Shown in pieces: positions 44,874 through 54,465 of a DNA stretch of 64,000 bases. The notes under the pieces are model-generated. The model searched no databases and was not told the DNA's origin. It saw only the letters and a program-made list of their open reading frames with translations. The translations under genes and the position numbers were made by a program. The first letter of the stretch is position 1. Every line of letters starts with the position of its first letter. Origin of the DNA: Bugula neritina (Eukaryota; Animalia; Bryozoa); contig OZ037766.1 in the NCBI GenBank assembly GCA_964035545.1, forward strand, positions 23,052,767 to 23,116,766, written 5' to 3'.

Positions 44874-47800
44874 ATGGCAAAAATATCAAGTAAGTCAAAG
44901 TGAAAGTGAACTGTGATTGTGAAGTTCAAGTTGTGTTTTACTTTTCACATTGATTATAAATATGTTTAATACTTCATGTTTACCTTCAAGTTAAGCATTT
45001 ATGTAGCTCTTGCTCTATTTATAATTATAATATTAATATATGTACTAATTTAAATTAGTATTTTTATTAATTAGCATAATGATAATCATAATGCCATAAT
45101 GATAATGTCAATGATTAATCACTATCAGATTATCATTTTGATTAATATTATGATTATGATAAATATATTATAATATGATGATAATCCTAATAATAATCCT
45201 AATTAATACTATCTTTCAATTTGATCTAAATCTGAAAGTGAAAGTAAATTTAATTCTAATCTAAATCTAATTTCGCAATGACAATGTTTTACTTTTGCAT
45301 TGAATAAAGTATAACCATAATGGTAATAAACTCATGACGATAAACTCATGATATTAATAATAATTGGTATTACCTCTGATTACCTCTGATGAGGTAGAAC
45401 GCTCTTGACCATCATATGACGTTAGTAGAGCGCCTCATGTGTGTGACAGTGAGTGCTCCGTTTTTTTTTTAGTGCTTCCGCATTACCGCTGATATTATTC
45501 AATTTAGATAGTGATATTTAAAAGGAAAATTGATAGGTAAGCTAGGTAAATCCTCTCATGTCGCGTATCGTTCTTGGTAAGAAACTTTGGTGGTAACAGC
45601 TAGAGCGAGAAGAAATGGAGTTGGGTAAACCTTGGGCTGCTGATCTCGTAGTTACGGACATGAGAGAGCGATTTTCCACAACCTCATCATAGTCTGATGC
45701 AAGTGTACTGTGTGTGGCTTCAGACTGTAGAATACGTGTCAATAGTGTGAGTCTATGATTTTTACGCCTCGTTTGTAATGGTAGTAGACCCAGTTCGCAT
45801 CGAGCGTCACTAACACTCTCTCGCCCCTTGAGACCTGATATGAACCTCACAGCACGATTCTGAACCATTTCTATATCATGTATGGTGGTTTTTAAATAAG
45901 GATCCCAGAGGGTATCTGCATACTCCAACAATGGACGGCAGAGGCTGGTGTAAGCCAAGAGTTTGCCATTTTTTGGAGCATCATGGAGAGCAAACTTTAT
46001 TGCTCCTAGGACTCTGCTAGCTTTTTGTGATTTCAGCACAATGTGTTTGTCAAATTTAAGGTTACTCTGCATGGTCACACCGAGATACTTGGTCTCTTCA
46101 GTCCATTGGACAGGTGTACTCCCAAGCTTATAAGATGGAAGGCCTGTTTGGCGACCAAATGATATAGCATGGCATTTACTTTCATTAAAAGGCATCTTCC
46201 ACTGTTGGGACCAGTTATATACTGCATCGATATTGACCTGGAAGTCTGCAGCATCTGCTTCTGAGTTTACTCTTTGGTACAACAGGGTGTCATCTGCATA
46301 AAGACTGACACAACAATTGACACAACTTGGTAAATCGTTAATATAGACCAAGAATAGTGTGGGTCCTAGTACAGATCCTTGGGGGACGCCCGATGTTACT
46401 GGGAGCTCAGTTGAGCATGAGCCTTTGATTACAACTCTCTGTTTTCTGTTGGTGATGAAATCTTGAATCCAATTTATAATCTGTGGGTTAACTTCTGGAA
46501 TGCGACGTAGTTTCAGTAGTAGTAGGGAATGGGGGACTTTGTCAAATGCTTTTTTAAAGTCTAGAACAATTGCATGTGTGTCTTGTGATTGGTCGTGCGC
46601 TTTGGCAATGTCATGGTATGTTGAGCACAGCTGAGTATCGCATGACATTCCCTTCCGAAAACCATGCTGCCTGTTGTGAAGTATATTGTCAAGGGTTGCA
46701 TTCAGGTAGTGCAGGATTATGTGCTCAAGCATTTTGCACGGAATGCTTGTGAGAGAGATAGGCCTATAATTCTGTGGTGATTCCTTGCTTCCTCCTTTAT
46801 GTATTGGGGTTACATTAGCAAGTTTCCACTCTCTTGGTAGTTTTCCAGATTTAAGTGAGGCATGGTATATGTGCTGAAGACAAGTGGCATTTATTCCAGT
46901 ATCAACTAATAGGTCTGGTTTTCTTATGCCGTCTGGCCCCGGTGATTTACCATTTGCCAAACCTCTAATAAGTGACTCAAGCCCCTTGATGGATATGCAT
47001 ATGTTATGAGTATCACTGCTATAATTTGGATATTGTGACACCTGGTGATCTTGGCAGAACTGACTATAAAAATAACTGTTCAAGATTTCAGCGCATCTCA
47101 GTGAGTTGTCAGTTAGTTGATTAGTATCAGGGTCAGTAAGAGACATAGAAATATTATCTTGACCAGTTTTTTGCCTCAGGTGTTTGAAAAAAGGCTTGGA
47201 ATTTCCCCTCTCTAATGGTTTACATACCTTCTCAACTACATAGTTCCTCTTCTTGTGACGAAGCAATGTTTTGCAAGATTTTCGCTCTGTTTTATACTTC
47301 TCCAAGAAAAACACATCCCTTGTTTTTTTTATACTTAAACCAAGTTTTTCTTTGCTTTTGAGCAAGCTTCTTTGCCTCCTTATCAAACCAAACAGGCCAG
47401 CGAGAGTTTTTTGATTTTAAAACTTTTGTAGGAATGTGATTTTTGCAAGCCTGCGCAAGACCTTCTCTAAAAAGGAGCCACATGTTGTCCGGGTCTGACA
47501 TGTCCTCAAGTTTGTTACAGACAGTTTGCATACTGTCTCTGAAACCAGTTATATTTGCATTTTTGTATAGTTTAATTGTTTTCGGTTGTGTTTTTAAGAG
47601 ATTTGGTCTATGGCAGGTGAGCACTGCAGTGACGATGTAGTGATCACTGAGACCCGGAGATATTATATCAATATCTGTGACTAACGCTGTGTTATTGGTA
47701 CAGATTAAATCCAGGATATTACCATGAATATGAGTGGGTTGCGTAACAAGTTGTTGCATCCTGTTTTCAAATAACATGGTGAGAAAGTCCAAGTGTACAG

Positions 47801-50800
47801 ACTTGAATTTTGCACCATATTTTAGTTTTCTGGTTTCCCAGTCTATTTCAGGGAGGTTATAGTCACCAACAAGAATGATGGAATGATGATGGTATTTGTT
47901 GGTGATGTGTTCAATGACATTTCTCAAAGCTGCCATGTTTAGCATTGATATGTTTGGTCTATAGTAGCAGCATATTATAATGCTGTGTTTGATCTGTACT
48001 ACAACCATTTCTTCGCCCAAAGTGTCGAGTTCAACTTTAGTTGGCTGAAGCGAATTCGCTGCTGCTATAAGGACCCCGCCACCATGAATATTACGGTCCC
48101 ATCTAAATATGGTCTTGCTTTGGCTAGAGAGAATGTCACAGTTGTTTATAGTGTCATCAATATGTGTTTCTACTAAACAAACTATATCATATTCAGATGT
48201 AATGAATTGAACTTCGGCCGTTTTCCCCTTAACAGACCTGGAGTTTGCCAAAAATAAGGCTAGTGGGCTCTCGCTACACTGTTTAATGCCGGCGTCAGAC
48301 GCTTCCATTCCCCCGAGGGTTGCTGACATTCAATTTGCAGATTTCTTATTCTGTATGCAGATCCAGGGTTGTCACTTTTCAGTCCACGCACACACTCACG
48401 GAGGGCGAACTCTTGGTTGCGGATTTCCTTGCTGGCATCTAGCTTGCAGAAGACTTTGTCACCTTTAAGTCCCCAAGAGTTCACCCTCTTTATGAAGGCC
48501 CATTTAGATTGGATAGTCTCAAAGATAACTTTTATGGGTCTAGCGGTTTCCGCACTCTTTTTTCCGAGTCTTAAGGCTGCATGAGGTTTGTCGAGGTTTT
48601 TGAATCTTTCTTCTCTCATGAATTTTTCGACCTGCTCTAATACCGGTATTTCATCTCCTTCCGGCACACCATATAGAATGGCATTACATTTTCTAGCATC
48701 TGCCTCACTTATTTCATTACTTTTCTGCATCAACTTCTCAGCATTTCTGTTTACTTCAACAGCCTTATTCATTTGCACTGTACTTTGCTCAACAAGCTTA
48801 GAACATTGATCTTCTAGGGACTTTATGTTCTCATTGTTACTCTTTAGTGTATCAGCATACGTGAGTTGCATGCCTTAATTATATTATATTGCAAATTTAA
48901 AACAGACTTTCTTTTAATTGTAGTATTAAAGTGAAATTTATATTTAATATTTTCAATTTATATTAAATGGCCAATAGATTTAATGTTGTTAACAGTAACT
49001 GATTAAATTTTGAAAAAGCAGTGAGTGAGTGATTTAAATTGAAGCAGAATTAAAGATGGATTGTTAACCTTGAACTCGAACTTAATGATAATCAAATGTA
49101 TTGACTTTTTTAATTTCTTAGTTTTACATGTTGGCGTTTACACATTACTGATTAGTGACTACTAATACCCTGTTTCATCAGAATCAAGGCTCAATGTATT
49201 AGTAATTTTAGGGTACTTTGCATCTGCCTGTCACTGTTGCTATAGGCTTGTCAATATGAGTATGGCTATTGATAAATTCAATAATTATATTATGATTAGG
49301 CTATGATTCTAATCTAGTTCAACGCTATACAAGAATACCATCACTATGATACCATGTATTTACTATCTAACACAGTATGTTACATGAGTATTTCTAGCTA
49401 TGCCCAATTATCTTAGCTTGAGCACTTATATGTGCTATATTTGTTTTTTATTTTATTGATTCTCTAGTAAATTAATAATTTAATATTCTTTTAACTCATG
49501 TGTTACAACTTATTTCTTCAAATTTCATAGGTGGGCCCGTGGTAGAAGTTGAGGGGGATGAAATGACTAGGTGCGTATTACTTATATACATAAACTTTTC
49601 TATGGTCTGTTGATATTATCTTTAACTTTCTAAAAGAGGATAACATGCCAATGGTAGGGGTTGAATCTTGGCAGCACTAATTTGCTCATTGGTGAGGAGT
49701 AAGCCCCTATCGACTGCTACCGAACTCAACCCCCTTCCCTTTTTAACTGCATGTTATTTTCTGTATTATCCAACACGTAACTAAGAAAGGAAAACTGATG
49801 TCATAAAATAAGAAGTATAAGTACAGTGTTTTAGCAGTTGGTTCAGTAAGAAAACTCTCTATTTATTTTTCAATGAGGGTGTCAAAGAATGTTTAGGTGA
49901 AAGCAGGAGCAAAACTTGCTTTGAAATTTTTATGCAGAATTATGACAATGACCATTATATGAGCAAGATGCTGAGTTTAATGATTAGACATTGTTTGTTT
50001 AATTAAGACAAATGAAATCTGTTTAATTAACATGGCTGTTTAGCTAATAGAATAAGTTGCAAGTATCAACTCATTTTTAGGATAATTTGGGACTTGATAA
50101 AAGAGAAATTGATTTTTCCTTGGGTAGACTTTGCTGGCCAGTTGCACACATATGATCTTAGCATAGAGAACAGAGACAAAACTGGAGACCAAGGTAGCAT
50201 ATTTCTCTAGTCCGTAGTGTCCACTAATTTTTATAACAATCTCATTAAAACCATATTGATAAAATCCTGTTTTATTTTTCAATTTTGTTACAGTCAAGTT
50301 TTTCCTTTTCTTTATATTATATGACTGCTTGTATAACAGATTGTTTGCCATATTGCAGTAACCGTGGACTGCGCCAATGCTATAGCCAAATACAACGTAG
50401 GAATAAAGTGTGCAACTATCACTCCTGATGAAAAGAGAGTCGAAGGTGAGTGCACAGTCACAAATAAATTCAATCATAGGGTAGTTATCAGCTTATTAAG
50501 CTGACTGCCACAGCCGCTGCTCACCATTATTTCTTCTTTCTAGCATATTCTAAGTAAATCAAATATTAAGTTTGTAGCTTCATTTTATCTGATTTTATTT
50601 TATCCTATTGAGCTGTAAAACTCCTCTCATATAAAATATGTTTTCTCTTTTTTAAAAATTATTTCAAACAACTAGCAAGCACCTGCTAGTCAGGTTATAG
50701 TGAGTGTATGACAGCTGTAGTCACACTATATATATGACATAAAAGCACCTGCATGCTAGTCACTGTAAGTGTTTATGTGACAGACACATTTGCTGGTATT

Positions 50801-53680
50801 CTGTAGAGTTTAAGTTGAAGAAGATGTGGAGGTCCCCAAATGGAACAATTAGAAACATACTAGGTGGCACTGTCTTTAGAGAAGCCATTATCTGTAGAAA
50901 TATACCCCGGCTAGTTCCAGGATGGACCAAGAGTATTGTAGTTGGACGTCATGCATTCGGTGATCAAGTATGTTGCAATATGTTAATATATTCATACACA
51001 GGCTTATCCGCATGTGCAATGTGTATAATTGTATACTTCCTCATTATAAATAGTGTATTGCAATGTTGTTTTCCTCTCTTCTGTTTAGTATAAAGCCACG
51101 GATTTTGTTGTTCCTGGAAATGGAAAAGTAGAAATTAAGTTCACTCCAGCTGATGGCGGTGAACCAGTGAATTATGTGGTCCACGAGTTCACCAAAGGGG
51201 GCGGAGTTTCTATGGGAATGTTCAATACTGATGAGGTACTCGTTCTATGCTGAAGTGTTTAAAAAGCCGCTCTATCAGTTGTTGCTACCTGCTTTGTAAT
51301 TAGCCATGCTCCTTTTCTCTAATTTATACATCTTATCTTGTAGTCCATCGGCAATTTTGCGCATAGCTCCATGAGCTTTGCTCTACAAAAAGGTTGGCCT
51401 TTGTACCTTAGCACTAAGAACACCATTCTTAAAAAGTATGATGGAAGATTTAAGGATATTTTTCAAGATATCTATGATACGTGAGTGTAAATCATTCTAT
51501 TTAATGCATGCCTTTGCCTGCAATGTGTTATCACTGTGCCATAGTCTACAGCCAATGTACAACAGCTGCTAGCCCATAACACTTCTGGTGATCGTTATGT
51601 CACACTTTCAGTGGTTTTATTTTCTAAGCACGGAATTTTTCTATGACTGGTCGACAAATAAAATAAGACGAATGTTCTTGAACAAGCGTATTTTTGTATT
51701 TAAATTGAGTAAATATCGTTTGAAATGTTGTTTATTTAAAAAAACTATATGTATTAATAAATATTTCAAAATATAAGGAATAGTTGTACGATATTCTGTA
51801 ATGGCATTTATTGTAGGCAGTACAAGGCAAAGTTTGAAGCAGCTGGCATCTGGTATGAGCACAGACTGATAGATGACATGGTAGCTTACGCTATGAAGTG
51901 TGAGGGAGGTTTTGTCTGGGCCTGTAAGAATTATGATGGAGATGTACAATCAGATTCTGTGGCCCAAGGTACTAGATATAGAGTTCTCTTATGCCTGTTT
52001 TTTAAGGTATATCATCAGTGATGGTTGTTTATTCTCCAACTTGTATTTGATAGGGTTTGGCTCATTGGGCATGATGACTAGTGTGTTGATTTGTCCCGAT
52101 GGCAAGACTGTTGAGGCGGAAGCCGCCCACGGTACGGTTACCAGGCATTACAGATTCCACCAACAAGGAAAGGAAACATCAACCAACCCTATTGGTATGC
52201 AATGCTTACAAACCGTTTATACTTCACATGATATGATTGCTAGTCTCTCAATATGGTTGTAAGGAGGTTTCATAGTGAGGGTATCTTAGCTTTCATTCAC
52301 TGAACTCCTTATACCAGTATAAAGGATAGGTCCTGTTTATGCATGACATGGCAAACGTTATCGTCTTTGCAAGTTGCATGCCTTGTAGATAAGAATGATT
52401 GATAAATATTAAATAGCATGCAGTCTAGCAGTCTAGCCGGTGCTGATAATTTGACTAGTAAGTAGTAACAATAGTAACCCTCAAAATGAAATCAAAAGAA
52501 CTTTGAACTTTGTTGAAATTTACGCATTTGCCTTCACCGGCTAGTCACACATATAGTACTCATTTTACAACTGCTTCTAGAACTAGGGCTGTCAATTTAT
52601 TCAACAAAACTATTAATTGTATGTAAATATTTATATTTCATTCACTCCTTTACTTAACCAGTATCTTAATTTAATGTTTCTTGTTGGAGCCATTCATTTG
52701 AATTGACATAAATTTAGTTCTATTGGGTAGCAGCACAGCAGTACAGATAGAATACGACAGCCTGGAAATTTATTATAATTTGTGGGTAATAGGTTATTGG
52801 TTAGTATATGATATTGTACTAGTAGGTAAATAATAAATGTAGTAGTAGGTATATGATACTGTACTAGTAGGTATATGATACTGTACTGGTAGGTATATGA
52901 TACTGTACTAGTAGGTATATGATACTGTACTGGTAGGTATATGATACTGTACTAGTAGGTATATGATACTGTACTAGTAGGTATATGATACTGTACTAGT
53001 AGGTATATGATACTATACTAGTAGGTATATGATGAATGTACTAGTAGGTATATGATACTGTACTAGTAGGTATATGATACTGTACTATAAAGACGTGCTT
53101 GTCTCTGTAGCTTCTATATTTGCGTGGACTAGAGGACTGGCCCACAGAGCTAAACTAGACAGCAATGCTGAGCTTCTGAAGTTTGCTGACAACTTGGAGA
53201 CTGTTTGCATTGAAACAATAGAAAGCGGCTTCATGACTAAAGACTTGGCCATATGTGTGAAGGGAATGAGCGGGTAATTCATCTGTGGAGTTTGGTTATT
53301 GTAGTTAGTTACTATACTGTAGTTAGTTACTATACTGTAGTTAGTTATTATACTGTAGTTAAATACTATACTGCAGTTAGTTACTATACTGTAGTTACTA
53401 TACTGTGCTGTAGTTGGTTACTATACTGCAGTTGGTTACTATACTGTAGTTGGTTACTATACTGTGTATAGTTACTATACTGTAGTTGGTTACTATACTG
53501 TAGAGTGTAGTTGGTCGCTAAATGGTAACCTAAGTAATATCTATTCTGTATTTAATAAGCTGGTTAGTATATTATCACTGCCTCCCTATTTATTTTAGTG
53601 TCAAGCGCGAAGATTATCTGAACACATTCGAGTTTATGGACAAGTTAGCAGAGAATTTGAAGCTAAAGATGGCCAATTGA
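44874..53680 (+). CDS. IDH1: Cytosolic NADP-dependent isocitrate dehydrogenase (IDH1-type)
   Basis: Exons 44874-44889, 49531-49570, 50081-50193, 50359-50445, 50807-50967, 51089-51235, 51344-51480, 51817-51968, 52054-52194, 53111-53273, 53599-53680. Motifs: [60 protein letters not shown]; no N-terminal presequence. Confidence 0.96.
45542..47386 (-). CDS. LINE ORF2 C-terminal part: reverse transcriptase
   Basis: [56 protein letters not shown]. Confidence 0.95.
   Translation of the reverse strand: MIRRQRSLLKSKEKLGLSIKKTRDVFFLEKYKTERKSCKTLLRHKKRNYVVEKVCKPLERGNSKPFFKHLRQKTGQDNISMSLTDPDTNQLTDNSLRCAEILNSYFYSQFCQDHQVSQYPNYSSDTHNICISIKGLESLIRGLANGKSPGPDGIRKPDLLVDTGINATCLQHIYHASLKSGKLPREWKLANVTPIHKGGSKESPQNYRPISLTSIPCKMLEHIILHYLNATLDNILHNRQHGFRKGMSCDTQLCSTYHDIAKAHDQSQDTHAIVLDFKKAFDKVPHSLLLLKLRRIPEVNPQIINWIQDFITNRKQRVVIKGSCSTELPVTSGVPQGSVLGPTLFLVYINDLPSCVNCCVSLYADDTLLYQRVNSEADAADFQVNIDAVYNWSQQWKMPFNESKCHAISFGRQTGLPSYKLGSTPVQWTEETKYLGVTMQSNLKFDKHIVLKSQKASRVLGAIKFALHDAPKNGKLLAYTSLCRPLLEYADTLWDPYLKTTIHDIEMVQNRAVRFISGLKGRESVSDARCELGLLPLQTRRKNHRLTLLTRILQSEATHSTLASDYDEVVENRSLMSVTTRSAAQGLPNSISSRSSCYHQSFLPRTIRDMRGFT
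47292..48329 (-). CDS. LINE ORF2 N-terminal part: apurinic-like endonuclease
   Basis: NSRS, LVETH, DR..HGGGV, YYRP, GDYN, LDL, SDHY. Separated from the RT by one extra A in the A8 run (47323-47330). Confidence 0.9.
   Translation of the reverse strand: MSATLGGMEASDAGIKQCSESPLALFLANSRSVKGKTAEVQFITSEYDIVCLVETHIDDTINNCDILSSQSKTIFRWDRNIHGGGVLIAAANSLQPTKVELDTLGEEMVVVQIKHSIIICCYYRPNISMLNMAALRNVIEHITNKYHHHSIILVGDYNLPEIDWETRKLKYGAKFKSVHLDFLTMLFENRMQQLVTQPTHIHGNILDLICTNNTALVTDIDIISPGLSDHYIVTAVLTCHRPNLLKTQPKTIKLYKNANITGFRDSMQTVCNKLEDMSDPDNMWLLFREGLAQACKNHIPTKVLKSKNSRWPVWFDKEAKKLAQKQRKTWFKYKKNKGCVFLGEV
48260..48871 (-). CDS. LINE ORF1 (truncated; coiled coil plus RRM-like region)
   Basis: TYADTLK, coiled coil, [16 protein letters not shown]...RPIKV motifs typical of CR1/L2-group ORF1p. 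Confidence 0.8.
   Translation of the reverse strand: MQLTYADTLKSNNENIKSLEDQCSKLVEQSTVQMNKAVEVNRNAEKLMQKSNEISEADARKCNAILYGVPEGDEIPVLEQVEKFMREERFKNLDKPHAALRLGKKSAETARPIKVIFETIQSKWAFIKRVNSWGLKGDKVFCKLDASKEIRNQEFALRECVRGLKSDNPGSAYRIRNLQIECQQPSGEWKRLTPALNSVARAH
49645..49726 (-). mobile_element. Degenerate tRNA-derived SINE head
   Basis: Minus strand GGTAGCAGTCGATAG (A-box-like)...AGATTCAACCCC (B-box-like). Confidence 0.35.
52843..53085. repeat. Minisatellite, 22-bp unit, ~11 copies
   Basis: Unit TAGTAGGTATATGATACTGTAC. Confidence 0.95.
53300..53503. repeat. Minisatellite, 18-bp unit, ~11 copies
   Basis: Unit TGTAGTTRGTTACTATAC. Confidence 0.9.
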
Positions 53681-53710
53681 CTAAATGTTGCAATATCCAG
53701 CAAGCTTTAA
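53678..53710 (+). other. Predicted stop-codon readthrough extension of IDH ending in PTS1 (X-LNVAISSKL*)
   Basis: TGA CTA AAT GTT GCA ATA TCC AGC AAG CTT TAA, in frame with the IDH CDS. Confidence 0.8.
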
Positions 53711-54465
53711 CTATTCCACCCGATACTTTTAGTAATTTATCTTGAAAGATCTGTAGTTTATGCTTATAGTTATACACTATGAACATCAACTGCAAACTCC
53801 GTAATGAATAGCTAGTTCTGTCTTATTCATTGTTTTTTTTTATAAATTTAGTCATGTCTTTTATGCAGGACCAACTGTTTGTATTGTATTTAGAGTTTAG
53901 ACTTATCTGTGCCTTAATAAGTGCTGTGATAACTGTAAAATGTAATTTCTTATATGTTAATTATTTATTAGTTTTAAATGACAAAAGATGTTGAATGATA
54001 ATTTCCATTTAGAATGCTTAGGCTGCAGACTTTAAAGATGTCTGAGGTATATTGCTTTGTCACACTGCAATAAAGATTATATTGACGTACAAATTTTATA
54101 GAGTTGATTATATAGGGTGATAATAATTGACAGTCAAAAGTCATGATCAATGATACTTAAAATACCTAAACTAGGAAATGGCACTGTGTATTCAAAAGTC
54201 TTTCAACATGTTTACTACTCAAACTTGTACATTATGTTGCCAGCTTTTATAGTCATTGTAAAAATACAATAAAATGTCTATTCCAAGTATATGAAGTTGC
54301 ATGATAATCTAAGTTGTTATGTATATAAAACATAAGTTAAAAATACTAGCACCAAAAAGAGACAAAAATAATGGAGATTTGGGATGAAGTAAATGACTGC
54401 GCCTACTACTAGGTATGTAGGGGCAGCTGTCTCATTCAGCATCTGCTCGATAGATAGCAGGCATC

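Larger units (their letters stand above)
45369..48875 (-). mobile_element. CR1-group non-LTR retrotransposon, 5'-truncated, in IDH intron 1
   Basis: ORF1 3' part, APE endonuclease and RT; 3' UTR with stem-loop and (ATCAGAGGTA)2 tail at 45390-45371. Confidence 0.93.

Noticed and set aside
50040-50477. 145-aa minus-strand ORF
   Set aside because: Antisense to IDH exons 3-4 with no recognisable motif.
52843-53503. Regular repeats resembling a CRISPR array
   Set aside because: Head-to-tail tandem units with no unique spacers, inside eukaryotic introns.
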